Positions 26,294-39,419 are shown, counted from the first letter of the stretch. The stretch is 64,000 bases of DNA from Pristiophorus japonicus (GCF_044704955.1 NC_091984.1:147188001-147252000), one strand, 5' to 3'. The notes: generated from the sequence alone by a model not told the origin. Program-made: numbers and translations.

Positions 26294-29200
26294 TATATGT
26301 ATATCTGTAAATACCTTGTTAACCACCACAGCGCTCATCCCCTGGAGTCCCAAGGGATCTCACAATCCCTTGGGAGCACCTGTACTTAAGGAGGCCTCAC
26401 AGGCTGGAAAGGCACTCTGGAGACCTGCAATAAAAGACTCAGGTCACACTTTACTTTGAGCTCACAGTATCTGGTCAGACTCTTTATTCATACACTACAA
26501 CAGCGAACGAACCCACCTGCAATGATGCAGAGAACAGTGGGCGTCCTGGAGAAATATTTGGAAGGAGATGATTGGGAAACCTTCGTGGAGCGACTTGACC
26601 AATACTTCGTGGCCAACGAGCTGGAAGGAGAAGCGAACGCTGCCAAACGAAGGGCGATTCTCCTTACTGTTTGCGGGGCACCAACATATGGCCTCATGAA
26701 AAATCTGCTTGCTCCAGTGAAACCCACAGAGAAATCATATAAAGATTTGTGCACACTGATCCTGGAGCATCTTAACCCGAAGGAAAGCGTTCTGATGGCG
26801 AGGTACCAGTTCTACACGTGCCAAGAGATCTGAAAGCCAGGGAGTGGCGAGCTATGTCGCTGAGCTAAGACGCCTTGTAGGACATTGTGAATTTGAAGGA
26901 CATTTGGAGCACATGCTCAGGGACTTCTTTGTACTTGACATTGGCCATGAAGTATTACTTTGCAACTTTTGACTGTAGTGACCCCATCCTTGAGTAAAGC
27001 CATAGCGATAGCACAGGCGTTCATCGCCACCAGTGACAATAACAAACAAATCTCTCAGCACTCGAGTGCTGCTATAAGTACTGTGAATATAGTAATATTG
27101 TTTTTGAATGATAACGTACAGGGCAGGCCTCACATGCCTGCAGCTGCACGTCCGCAGATGTCTCAGAGTCCACCATCACGGATGATGAATGCAAGGCCAT
27201 TAACACCTTGTTGGCGCTGCGGGGGTTGTCATTGTTTCCATTCATACCGCTTCAAAGGATATGTTTGCAAGGGCTGTGGAACAATGGGACATCTCCAACG
27301 TATGTGCAGGTGAGCTGCAAACCCTGCTAATCCTGCAAACCAGCATGTTGCAGAGAGGACAGATCCACGGCAGATCTCGACAAACCAGAGCCTCAGACAC
27401 AGGAGGCAGAGGTATATGGGGTGCACACATTTACCACAAAGATTCCCCCGATAATGCTGAAGGTTGAATTAAATGGACTCCTGGTGTCAATGGAGCTGGA
27501 CACGGGCATGAGCCAGTCCATTATGAGCAAAATGACTTTTGATGAATTGTGATGCAGCAAGGCTTTAAGGCCAGTCCTGACTCCCATTTGCACTAAACTG
27601 AGAGCTTGTACAAAGCAACTGATTCCCGTAATTGGCAGTGCTGCTGTAAAGGTCTCCGATGATGGAGCGGTGCACAAGTTGCCACTCTGGGTGGTATTGG
27701 GCGATGGCCCTATGCTGCTCGGCAGGAGCTGGCTGGGGAAGATACGCTGGAACTGGGACGACGTCCGAGTGCTCTCGCCCGTCGACGACACTTCGTGTGT
27801 CCAGGTCCTAAACAAGTTCTCCTCGCTGTTCGAACCAGGTATCGGGAAGTTCCAAGGAGCAAAAGTGCAGATCCACCTAATTCCGGGGGCGCAACCCATC
27901 CATCACAAGGCGAGAGCAGTACCATACATGATGAGAGAGAGGGTGGAGATCAAGCTGGACAGGCTGCAACGAGAGGGCATCATTTTATCGATCGAATTCA
28001 ACAAGTGGGCCAGTTCGATTGTTCCAGTCCTCAAGGGAGACGGCACCGTCAAAATCTGTGGTGATTACAAAGTAACTATCAATTGTTCCTCCCTGCAGGT
28101 TCAATACCCGCTACCAAAGGAAGATGACCTTTTTGCGACACTGGCGGGAGGAAAGACATTCACAAAGCTGGACTTGACCTTAGCCTACATTACGCAGGAG
28201 CTGGAGGAATAATCGAAGGGCCTCACCTGCATCAACATGAACAAAGGACTCTTCATTTACAATAGATGCTTGTTTGGGATTCGATCAGCCACGGCGATAT
28301 TCGAGAGAAACATGGAAAGCTTACTGAAGTCAGTCCCACACACCGTGCTCTTCCAGGACAACATCTTGGTCACAGGTCGGGACACAGTCGAACATCTGAA
28401 GAACCTGGAGGAGGTTCTTTGTCGGCTTAATCAAGGGTGACCCGGATTTAAATGCTCGAAGTGAGTTTTCCTGGCGCCTGAAGTGGAGTTCCTGAGGAGA
28501 AAAATCACGGCGGACAGCATCAGGCACACCAACGCGAAGATGGAGGCAATCGAGAACGCACCAAGGTCACAGAACTTGACGGAGCTGTGGTCGTTTCTAG
28601 GACTCCTGAACTAATTTTGTAACGTCTTACCGGGTCTCAGCACACTGTTAGAACCAATGCACTCTTTACTGCGTGAAGGAGGCGAATGGGTATGGGGCAA
28701 AAGCCAAGAAAATGCCTTTGTAAAACTTAGAAAACTGTGACAACACAAGCAATTTGTTTGAGCATATGATCCATGTAAGTGTTTGTTATTCGCATGCGAT
28801 GCGTCATCATGCGGTGTCGGTGTGTATTGCAACAAGCTATGAATCTGGGAAAATTACAACCGGTTGCTTATGTATCCAGAAGTCTGTCTAAGGCTGAGAG
28901 GGCCTACAGCATGACTGAAAAAGAAGCGTTAGCGTGTGTTTATGCAGTAAAGAAAATGCATCAATATCTGTTTGGGCTCAGATTTGAATTGGAAACTGAT
29001 CATAAGGCACTGATATCCCTCTTTTCTGAAAGTAAGGGGATAAATACGAATACATCGGCCCGCATCCAGAGATGGGCGCTCACGTTGTCCACATACAACT
29101 ACGCCATCCGCCACAGCCAGGCACAAAAAACTGTGCCGATGCTCTCAGTAGACTGCCATTGCCCACCACAGGGGTGGAAATGGCACAGCTGCAGATTTAG

Positions 29201-30223
29201 CTATGGTAATGGAAGCATTCGAGAGTGAGCAATCACCTGTTACCGCCGGCAGATTAGAACCTGGATGAGCCAGAACCCCTTACTGTCCTTAGTAAAAAAA
29301 AACTGTGTGCTCACAGGAGCTGGTTCAGTGTCTCATTAGAAATGCAGGAAGAAATAAAGCCATACCAGCGGCGCAAAGATGAAATGTCTATACAGACAGA
29401 TTGCCTTCTGTGGGGTAATCGGGTATTGGTACCAAAAAAGGGCAGGGACACTTTCATTAGTGGTCTCCACAGTACCCACCCAGGCATTGTAATAATGAAA
29501 ACGATAGCCAGATCCCACGTGTGGTGGCCCGGTATTGATGCAGACTTAGAGTCCTGCCTGCACAAATGTTACACATGTTTACAGTTCAGCAGTGTACCCA
29601 GGGAGGCATCACTAAGTTTATGGTCTTGGCCCTCCAAACCAAAGTCTAGGGTTCATGTCAACTATGCAGGCCCATTCTTGGGAAAAATGTTCCTAGTGGT
29701 TGTAGATGTATACTCCAAGTGGATTGAATGTGAGATAATGTTGGCAAGCATGTCCGCTGCCACCACTGAAAGCCTGCGGGCCATGTTTTCCACGCACGAC
29801 CTGCCTGATGTCCTTGTGAGTGACAACGAGCCGTGTTTCACCAGTGCCGAGTTCAAAGAGTACATGACCTGCAATGGGATCAAACATGTCACATCTGCCT
29901 CGTTCAAACCGGCATCCAATGGTCAGGCAGAGAGAGCAGTGCAAACAATCAAGCAGACCTTGAAGAGGGTAGCTGAAGGCTCACTGTAGACTCACCTATC
30001 CCGAGTCCTGCTTAGTTACCGCACGAGACCCAACTTGCTCACTGGGATTCCACCTGCTGAACTGTTCATGAAAAGCGCATTTAAGGCAAGGCTCTCGTTA
30101 CTTCACCCTGATCAACACGAACAGGGAGAGAGCAGGTGGCTTCAACAAAGTACATATCATGATAGCGCAAATGTGTCACGCGAAATTGAAATTAATGATC
30201 CTGTATTTGTGTTGAACTATGGA
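26294..30223 (+). mobile_element. Ty3/gypsy LTR retrotransposon C (Mag-like), 5' LTR to late integrase, broken at 30223
   Basis: LTR ~26294-26499; gag EGDDWETFVERLDQYFVANEL, PR, RT, RH, IN; ends at VFVLNYG. Confidence 0.9.
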
Positions 30224-33200
30224 ATTCTTTGAGGATGTAACGAGCAGGGTGGATAAAGGGGAACCAGTGGATGTTGTCTTTGACTTCCAGAAGGCATTTG
30301 ACAAGGTGTCACATGAATGGTTATTGCACAAGGTAAAATTCACAATGTTGGGGGTAATATATTAGAATGGATAGAGGATTGGCTAACGAACAGAAAACAG
30401 AGAGTCGGGATTAATGGTTAATTCTCGTTTTGGCAATCAGTAACTAGTGGGGTGCTGCTGGATCCCCAACTATTTACAATCTATATTAACGACTTGGAAG
30501 AAGGAATCGAGTGTAACGTAGCTGAGTTTGCTGATGATACAAAGATGGGAGGAAAAGCAATGTGTGAGGAGGACACAAAAAACCTCCAAAAAGGCCATAG
30601 ACAGGCTAAGTGAGTGGGCAAAAATTTGGCAGATGGAGTATAATGTTGGAAAGTGTGAGGTTATGCACATTGGCAGAAAAAAATCGAAGAGCAAGTTATT
30701 ATTTAAATGGAGAAAAATTGCAAAGTGTTGCAGTACAGCGGGACCTGGGGGTCCTGATGCATGAAACACAAAAGGTTAGTATGCAGGTACAGCAAGTGAT
30801 CAGGAAGGCCAATGGAATCTTGGCCTTTATTGCAAAGGGGATGGAGTATAAAAGCAGGGCAGTCTTGCTGTAGTTATACAGGGTATTGATGAGGCCACAC
30901 CTGAAATACTGCGTACAGTTTTGGTTTCCATATTTACGAAAGGATATACTTGCCATGGAGGCCGTTCAGAGAAGGTTCATTAGGTTGATTCCGGGGATGA
31001 GGAAAGGTTGTGTAGGTTGGGCCTCTACTCATTGGAATTCAGAAGAATGAGAGGTGACCTTATCGACCAAGGTGGATACAAAGAGGATGTTTCCACTGAT
31101 AGGGGAGACTAAAACTAAGCGGCATAATATTAGAATAAGGTGCCATCCATTTAAAACTGAGATGAGGAGGAATTTATTCTCTCGGTATCTCTAATCTCTA
31201 ATTATTCTCTAATCTCTGGATTACTCCCATGCGATGAGCTAGTGAGTACAGAAACAGGAGGATAGAGCAGACGAATACATGCCTGGAGAGATGGTGCAGG
31301 CGGGAGGGCTTTAGTTTACTGAGGTATTGGGACCGTTTCAGGGGGAGGTGGAACCTGGACAAGCCGGACGGGTTGCACCTCAACAGAGCCGGGACCAATA
31401 TCCTCGCAGTGGGGAGGGTTTGCTAGTGCTGTTGGGGAGGGTTTAAACTAGCTGGGCAGGGGGCTGGGAACCTGAAAATAGATTCAGTAGGGAGGGGAGT
31501 AAAGCTGGAATTAGAAAGCAAAAATAAAGTGAGTTTGAAGGAGAGAGGAAACGAGCAGGAAAAGAGGTTAAAAAACAAATTTAAATGCTCTTTGTCTAAA
31601 TGCACTTAGCATTTGTAACAAAATAGATGAGTTGACGGCACAAATAGATACAAATGGGTATGATCTGTAGCCATTACAGAGACATGGTTGCAAGGTGACC
31701 AGGACTGGGTACTAAATATTCAGGGGTACTTGACAATCCGGATGGACAGACAGAAAGGAAAAGGAGGTGGGGTAGCTCTATTGATAAAGGATGGAATCAC
31801 TGCAATAGTGAGAAATGATATTGGCTCAAATGATGAGGATGTTGAAACAGTTTGTGTGGAGATAAGGAATAATAAAGGGAACAAGTCACTGGTGGGCATA
31901 ATCTATAGGCCCCCTAAAAGTAGCACCTCTGTTGGTCGGAGAATAAACCAGGAAATAGTGGAGGCTTGTGAAAAGGGAACAGCAATAATCATGGGTGATT
32001 TTAACCTCCACATTGATTGGACAAATCAAATTGGTGAGGGTAGCCTTGAGGAAGAGTTCAAAGAGTGCATAAGGGAAGGGTTCCTTGAGCAGTCTGTAAT
32101 GGAATCAACCAGGGGGCAGGTTATCTTAGACCTGGTCCTGTGTAATGAAATAGGATTAGTAAACAATCTCCTAGTAAAGGATCCCCTTGGAACAAGTGAT
32201 GATAACATGGTTCAATTTCAAATTCAGATGGAGGGTGAGAAAGTTGGATCTCAAACCAGCGTACTCAGCTTAAATAAAGGAGACTACAAAGGTATGAGGG
32301 CAGAGTTAGCTAAAGTGGACTGGGAAAATGGATTAAAGTGAAGGACAGCTGATGAACAGTGGTATACATTTAAGGAAGTATTTCACAACCCTGAAGAAAA
32401 ATATATTCCAGTGAGGAGGAAAGGTGTAAAAGAAAAGATAGCCATCTGTGGCTAATTAACAAAATAAAGGACGGTATCCAATTAAAAACAAGGGCATACA
32501 AAGTGGCCAAAACTAATGGAAGGGCAGAAGATTGGGAAGCTTTGAAAAGCCAGCAAAGACTGACTGAAAAAATGATTAAGAAAGGGAAGATAGACTATGA
32601 AAGTAAACTAGCACAAAATATAAAAACAGATAGCAAGAGTTTCTATATGTATATAAAAAGGAAAAGAGTGGCTAAAGTAAATGTTGGTCCCTTAGATTCT
32701 AGGCTGTGAGCGCGGTTCACAGTTTTCTCCCATGTCATTAACAAACGTACAGCTGTGACAACCTCCCTCTTTCACTTCCTCTGTGGGTGAAGTTTCATTC
32801 TTCCGATCTGACAGGCTCTTCAGTTATTTTTTGCACGGGGGATTTTGGCTGTGGTCTGAGTCTCTAATAATAACCGTCCAATCAGGCAGAATAACAGCAG
32901 CTCGGACCGGCTAGGACAGCGGACCCAGGCTCAGTGCTGACCCTGCAACGTCCTCCTCACCAACATCTGGGGACTTGAGCCAAAAGTGGGAGAGCTGCCC
33001 CACAGACTAGTCAAGCACCAGCCTGACATAGTCCTACTCACAGAATCATACCTTTCAGCCAATGTCCCAGATTCCTCCATCACCCGGTGTGGCAGCTCAG
33101 TGGTACACAGTCGGGAGGGAGTGGCCCTGGGATTCCTCAACATTGACTCCGGACCCCATGAAGTCTCATGGCATCAGGTCAAACACGGGCAATGAAACCT

Positions 33201-35890
33201 CCTGCTGATTACCACCTCCCGCCCTCCCTCAGCTGATGAATCTGTACTCCTCCATGTTGAACACCACTTGGAAGAAGTACTGAGAGTAGCAAGGGCACAG
33301 AATGTACTCTGGGTGGGGGACTTCACTGTCCATCACCAAGAGTGGCTCGGTAGCACCATTACTGACCGAGCTGGCCGAGAGGGGCGATGTTGACATTGCA
33401 ATCCCAGGTGCCGGAGGACTGGAGGTCTGCAAACATGGTACCTTTGTTTAAAAAGGGAGCAAGGGATCGATCGAGTCACTACAGGTCAGTCAGCCTAACC
33501 TCGGGGGCGGGATAGGAAGAATCTTCATTTAACAAAACACGGATTAACCAAGGACAGTCAGCATGGATTTATTAAGGGAAGTTTGTGTCTGAATAACTTG
33601 ATTCAATTTTTTGAGGAGATAACAATGTAACGCCTCTGTTTAAAAAAGGGGGCAGACAAAAGGCAGGTAACTATAGGCCAGTTAGTTTAACATCTGTAGT
33701 GGGGAAAATGCTTGAAATTATTATTAAGGAAGAAATAGCAGGACATCTAGATAGGAATAGTGCAATCAAGCAGACGCAGCATGGATTCATGAAAGGGAAA
33801 TCATATTTAACTAATTCACTGGAATTCTTTGAGGATATAACGAGCATGGTGGATAGAGGTGTACGGATGGATGTAGTGTATTTAGATTTTCAAAAGGCAT
33901 TCGATAAGGTGCCACACAAAATGTTACTGCAGAAGATAAAGGTACGCGGTGTCAGTGTAAATATATTACCATGGATAGAGAATTGGCTGGCTAACAGAAA
34001 GCAGAGAATCGGGATAAATGGGTCCTTTTCGGGTTGGAAATCAGTGGTTAGTGGTGTGCCACAGGGATCGGAGCTGGGACCACAACTGTTTACAATGTAC
34101 ATAGATGACCTGGAAGAGGGGACAGAGTGTAGTGTAACAAAATTTGCAGATGACACAAAGATTAGTGTGGAAAGCGGGTTGTGTAGAGGACACAGAGAGG
34201 CTGCAAAGAGATTTAGATAGATTAAGCGAATGGGCTAAGGTTTGGCAGATGGAATACAATGTCGGAAAGTGTGAGGTCATCCACCTTGGGAAAAAAAACT
34301 GTAAAAGGGAATATTATTTGAATGGGGAGAAATTACAACATGCTGCGGTGCAGAGGGACCTGGGGGTCATTGTGCATGAATCCCAAAAAGTTAGTTTGCA
34401 GGTGCAACAGGTAATCAGGAAGGCGAATGGAATGTTGGCCTTCATTGCGAGAGGGATGGAGTACAAAAGCAGGGAGGGCCTTCTGCAACTGTATCGGGTA
34501 TTGGTGAGGCCGCACCTGGAGTACTGCGTGCAGTTTTGGTCACCTTTCTTAAGGAAGGATATACTAGCTTTGGAGCGGGTACAGAGACGATTCACTAGGC
34601 TGATTCCGGAGCTGAGGGGGTTACCTTATGATGATAGATTGAGTAGACTGGGTATTTACTCGTTGGAGTTCAGAAGGATGAGGGGTGATCTTATAGAAAC
34701 ATTTAAAATAATGAAAGGGATAGACAAGATAGAGGCAGAAAGGTTGTTTCCACTGGTCGGGGAGACTAGAACTCGGGGGCACAGCCTCAAAATACAGGGG
34801 AGCCAATTTAAAACCGGGTTGAGAAGGAATTTCTTCTCCCAGAGGGTTGTGAATCTGTGGAATTCTCTGCCCAAGGAAGCAGTTGAGGCTAGCTCATTGA
34901 ATGTATTCAAGTCACAGATAGATAGATTTTTAACCATTAAGGGAATTAAGGGTTATGGGGAGCGGGTGGGTAAGTGGAGCTGAGTCCACAACCAGATCAG
35001 CCATGATCTTGTTGAGTGGCAGAACAGGCTCGAGGGGCTAGATGGCCTACTCCTGTTCTGAATTCTTATGTTCTTATGTTCTTAAGGAGGGTTGATGAGG
35101 GCAGTGCGTTTGATGACGTGAAAATGGATTTTAGCAAAACTTTTTAAAGGCAGTCTTGTCGCAAAAGTAAAAGCCCATGGGATCCAGGGCAAAGTGACAA
35201 GTTGGATCCAAAATTGCCTCAGATGCAGGAACCATAAAAAATTGGTGCAGGAGTAGGCCATTCGGCCCTTCGAGCCTGCACCACCATTCAATAAGATCAT
35301 TCCCTCAGTACCCCTTTCCTGCTTTCTCTCCATATCCCTTGATCCCTCAGCCGTAAGGGCCATATCCAACTCTCTCTTGAATATATCCAATGAACTGGCA
35401 TCAACAACTCTCTGCGGCAGGGAATTCCACAGGTTAACAACTCTCTGAGTGAAGAAGTTTCTCCTCATCTTAGTCATAAATGGCCTACTCCTTATCCTAA
35501 GATTGTGTCCCCTAGTTCTGGACTTCCCCAACATCGGGAACATTCTTCCCGCATCTAACCTGTCCCGTCCCGTCAGAATCCTATATGTTTCTATCAGATC
35601 CCCTCTCTTCCTTCTAAACTCTTGTGTATAAAGGCCCAGTTGATTCAGTCTCTCCTCATATGAAGGTGCAGCCATCCCTGGAATCAGTCTGGTGAATCTT
35701 CGCTGCACTCCCTCAATAGCAAGAACGTCCTTCCTCAGATTAGGGTAATGGTTGATGGGTGTTTTTGTGACTGGAAGGCTGTATCTGCTGGGGTTCCTCA
35801 GGGCTCAGTGTTGGGTCCCTTGCTTTTTGTGGTATATATCAATGATTTAGACTTGAATGTAGGGGGTATGATTCAGAAGTATGCAGATGA
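30224..35890. mobile_element. Patchwork of CR1 fragments, including a well-preserved + strand 3' end (33625-35081)
   Basis: RT and endonuclease ORFs 30610-30873, 31688-32341, 33699-34220, 34144-34983 with (TTCTTATG)n tail at ~35062-35081; minus copy 35230-35740. Confidence 0.88.
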
Positions 35891-35894
35891 TACT

Positions 35895-36529
35895 TGTAAT
35901 GTATAAATAAAGAGTCTGACCAGATACTGTGAGCTCAAAGTAAAGTGTGACCTTAGTCTTTCTTTGCACATATCCAGAGTGCCTCTCCAGCCTGTGAGGA
36001 CTCCGTCAGTAAAGGGAGTGTGGATTTCTTGGGACTCCAGGGGATGAGCCCTCTGGTGGTTAAACAAGGTATTTACATGGTTACATATATAATAATACTC
36101 CCGCCCCCCGCCGCCCCCCCACAAAGTCAATCGTGTAACTATTTACAAGGTGAGTCGAAGTGGGGCCTTTCTTTCCCTGGTTGATGTTTCGGTGCAAATG
36201 CTGGTTTTGGTGAGTCATTTGTTGGGCCCTCGCTTGGCTGCTGTGTAGCTGGCCTTGCTGGGCTGCCTGGTGTGGTGAGTCCTGCTGGGCTGCTGTAGGT
36301 GATGGGTTCTGCTTATTGGTCAACCACTGTGTCGGTTGCCAATGGTGTGTGTGTTGAGGGGGGTCAAAAAAGGTACGGTCTAATGTGGGTTGCTCTGGAT
36401 AGTCCGTGAATCTGAGTTTGGTTTGGTTCAAGTGTTTCCTGTAGATGAGTCCATTTGAAAGTTTGACCCAAAACACCCTACTCCCCTCTTTGGCCATGAC
36501 AGTGCTGGGAAGCCACTTGGGACCTTGTC
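35895..36529 (-). mobile_element. Inverted 3' end of gypsy C (integrase tail, PPT, 3' LTR)
   Basis: Minus strand reads QGPKWLPSTVMAKEGSRVFWVKLSNG..RKHLNQTKLRF, continuing VFVLNYG; G-rich PPT ~36098-36120; LTR ~35895-36095 similar to 26294-26499. Confidence 0.85.
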
Positions 36530-37459
36530 ACGTCCAGGGGATTTATCTGCCTTTAGTCCCATTATCTTACTGAGTACCACCTCCTTAGTGATTGTGATTG
36601 TGTTAAGTTCCAACCCCGGTAACCCAGCAAATTGTTCCTTTTCAAATATATATCCAATTCCCTCTTGCAGACCTGGGCCCACAGCACTAGACTGCCCTTA
36701 ACCTGGGCACAACACTGGCATCTCATTCATTCACTGGGACAGGAAATACCTGGTGTGGGAAATGGAGCCCAGGGCTCTGAACATTCCCTCTGCTCTCTTG
36801 AGAAAAGCTGCATGCTGGGGTCCAGTTCCATGGGCCCCGACAGCACATTCCGACCTCACCCAATTCCCCGTGTGTAAGCCTGGACCCTCTCAGCAGGATA
36901 TCTGACTGCAGGAGGCCTCACCACAGTGTCCAGCACTGTCCTCACCCGAAATCCACACACAGTCTGCATTCATCGGGAGCCTTTAAGGTGCTAAAGTTGT
37001 CAAGCCGCTTGCCAGCAGGATATCAGAGCACAGGGCGCTTCACCCTCAGCACAGACTCTCAGAGGACAGTGAGGTCTCTGCGAGCAGCAAGATCAACTTT
37101 TTTTAAAATTCTGATGGGACTGGACAGGTTAGATGCAGGAAGAATGTTCCCGATTTTGGGGGAGCCCAGAACCAGGGGTCACAATCTAAGATAAGGGGTC
37201 AGCCATTTAGGACTGAGATGAAGAGAAACTTCTTCACTCAGAGAGTTGTTAACCTGTGAAATTCTCTACCGCAGAGAGTTGTTGATGCCAGTTCATTGGA
37301 TATGTTCAAAAGGGAGTTAGATTTGGCCCTCACGGCTAAAGGGATCAAGCAGGAAAGGGGTACTGAGGTGAATGATCAGCCATGATCTTATTAAATGGTG
37401 GTGCAGGCTCAAAGAGGCGAATGGCTGACTCCTGCACCTATTTTTTATGTTTCTATGTC

Positions 37460-37885
37460 CAATGGGACAAATAAGAAGGAGCAACGTTTCCTGGTGCCTA
37501 TTGGTGGACCAATACGAAGGAGCCATGTTTCCTGGTCCCTACTGGAGGATCAATAGGAAAAAGCCATGTTCCCTGATCCCTATTGGAGGACCAATCAGAA
37601 GGAGCCATGTTTCCTGGTCCCTATTGCAGGATCAATAGGAAGGAACTATGTTTCCTTGTCCCTATTAGGCACCAATAGGAAGAAGCCATATTTCATTGTC
37701 CCTATTGGAGGATCAATAGGACGGCACCATGTTGCCTGTGTCCGAGTGGGGGACTAATAGGAAGGAGCCATGATTCCTGGGCCCTATTGTGGGACCAATA
37801 GGAAGGAGCCATGATTCCTGGGCCCTATTGTGGGACCAATCGGAAGGAGCCATATTGCCTGGGCCCGATTGGAGGACCAGTGGGA
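37460..37885. repeat. Minisatellite, ~41-bp unit, ~10 diverged copies
   Basis: Unit GAAGGAGCCATG(A/T)TTCCTGG(G/T)CCCTATTG(G/T)..GACCAATAG, period 41 between 37761 and 37802. Confidence 0.9.
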
Positions 37886-38400
37886 CATGGAATGTGGACC
37901 CTTCCTGTTGTAAATGTGGGATCATTGGCACCTGATCCCAGTAAAAATACTCTGATCTGGAGTGGGGCCATGGAAGGGGAAGGGATTAGAAGATGTTCTG
38001 AGCGGACAGGATGGAGCAGTGGGTCAGAACCTGTCCTGTTGTACCAGCTCACACTGATGGGGTGAGGATCTCCTCCCTCTGCTGGGCCTTCATGAAATGA
38101 GCTTTCTGTCCAAACCGGTCCCCACTGAGAATAGGCCCACAGCACAGAACGGCCCTTAATTGGGCAATAAACAATCAGTCTACTGAGAGAGGCCAACGGA
38201 TAGCCACTGTGGGGAATGGAGCCTTACTCCAGGAGAAGGCATGCTCTGGGGTCAAGGGTTAACATCCATTGGTGGGGCAGGGCACAGGGAGGTTTATTCT
38301 GCATTTCAATGTGCTGCACCTGGGAGTCTGTGGGGAAGGGAGAGGGGGAGAGAGAGATGGAGGAATGGAGAAAGAAAGAGGGGGAGAAGGAGCGTGGGGA

Positions 38401-38500
38401 AGAGGAAGTGTAAGTTACTGACGTGGCTTTCTCTGGGTGAAGACATTTACATACTGAGAGATGGGCAGTGAGACTCTCACAGGCTGCAGGTTTATAAAGC
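38401..38500 (+). promoter_or_regulatory. Ig V-light promoter: Ets/PU.1 box, octamer variant, TATA
   Basis: AGAGGAAGTG 38401-38410; ATTTACAT 38445-38452 (1 mismatch to ATTTGCAT); TATAAA 38493-38498; ATG 60 bp downstream. Confidence 0.75.
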
Positions 38501-38557
38501 AGAGCCCAGTGAAGGGCAGTTTATCAGTAAGCAGGCACAGGGACAGGAGCAGACACC

Positions 38558-38606
38558 ATGATTTCACCCATCCAGCTGATCTGGCCTCTGGCATTCTGCA
38601 TCGCAG
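38558..38606 (+). CDS. IGKV: Ig kappa-type light chain leader exon (MISPIQLIWPLAFCIA-G)
   Basis: Kozak-like CACCATG, hydrophobic 16 codons, phase-1 GT donor at 38607; acceptor CAG at 38791-38793 restores frame. Confidence 0.92.
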
Positions 38607-38793
38607 GTACGAATCTCTCTCCTTCCACGTTTAATATCTCCCTGTTGTCGATTTCTGTCCAACTCTACTGACCAGTGATTGAAGGGCAAATGCTGACACT
38701 AGAGGAGAGCTCAGTGTCTCGAGCAATCTCTCATTTTACAGTGTCTTTCTGTGACAGTGCTTACTTCACTTTCTTTCCCCATTTCCCCCTCAG

Positions 38794-39092
38794 GTATCAG
38801 TGGGGACATCATCATGACCCAGTCACCCCCGGTGCTGTCAGTGAGTGAGGGACAGACTGCAACCATCACGTGTACCGCCAGTGCATCCGTTAGCAAGTAT
38901 GTTGCTTGGTACCAGCAGAAAGCCGGGCAGAAACCCACTCTGCTGATCTATGCAGCAACATCTCGTTTCACTGGAACCTCCGATCGCTTCACCGGCAGTT
39001 ACCAGTCCAACACGTTCACCCTGAGCATCAGCAACGTGCAGAGCGAGGATGTCGCAGACTATTACTGTCAGCAATATAGCAGCTTCCCTCTA
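38794..39092 (+). CDS. IGKV: Ig kappa-type (shark type III/NS4-like) V segment, germline unjoined
   Basis: GISG|[54 protein letters not shown]; conserved Cys/Trp/YYC; open frame; followed by a 12-RSS. Confidence 0.96.
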
Positions 39093-39120
39093 CACTGTGA
39101 TACACAGCCGTACAAAAACC
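39093..39120 (+). other. V recombination signal sequence, 12-bp spacer
   Basis: CACTGTG (39093-39099) + ATACACAGCCGT + consensus ACAAAAACC (39112-39120). Confidence 0.95.
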
Positions 39121-39419
39121 TCAATATACACAGTGCCACCTCCTGTACTGACTCACCCCACAGTTATATATAATATATAATAATGGACACACAGCCCCAC
39201 CTCCTGTACGGTTTTACACATGACTGACACACAGCTCGATGGGAGTGACGGCAGGAATATTCAGCTGGAAGCTGCAGTAAATTGGGAAAGGATGGAGTGG
39301 GTCAGAGAGGAGTTGGGGCTGTGTCTTCATCACTGAGAATCTCACAGCTCTACTCTGTACATTCAGACAGCACGGAGACACTGGGTGGTCCCTGTGTCCT
39401 CAATCCAAATAATCTCACA

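Noticed and set aside
37460-37885. CRISPR-like appearance of palindromic repeats (also 42601-42838)
   Set aside because: Units are head-to-tail with no unique spacers, no cas genes, vertebrate context.
38205-38211. Other isolated heptamers (e.g. 38205, 36922, 19927)
   Set aside because: 38205 has no nonamer-like sequence at 23 bp; the others have no Ig context, and isolated heptamers are expected by chance.
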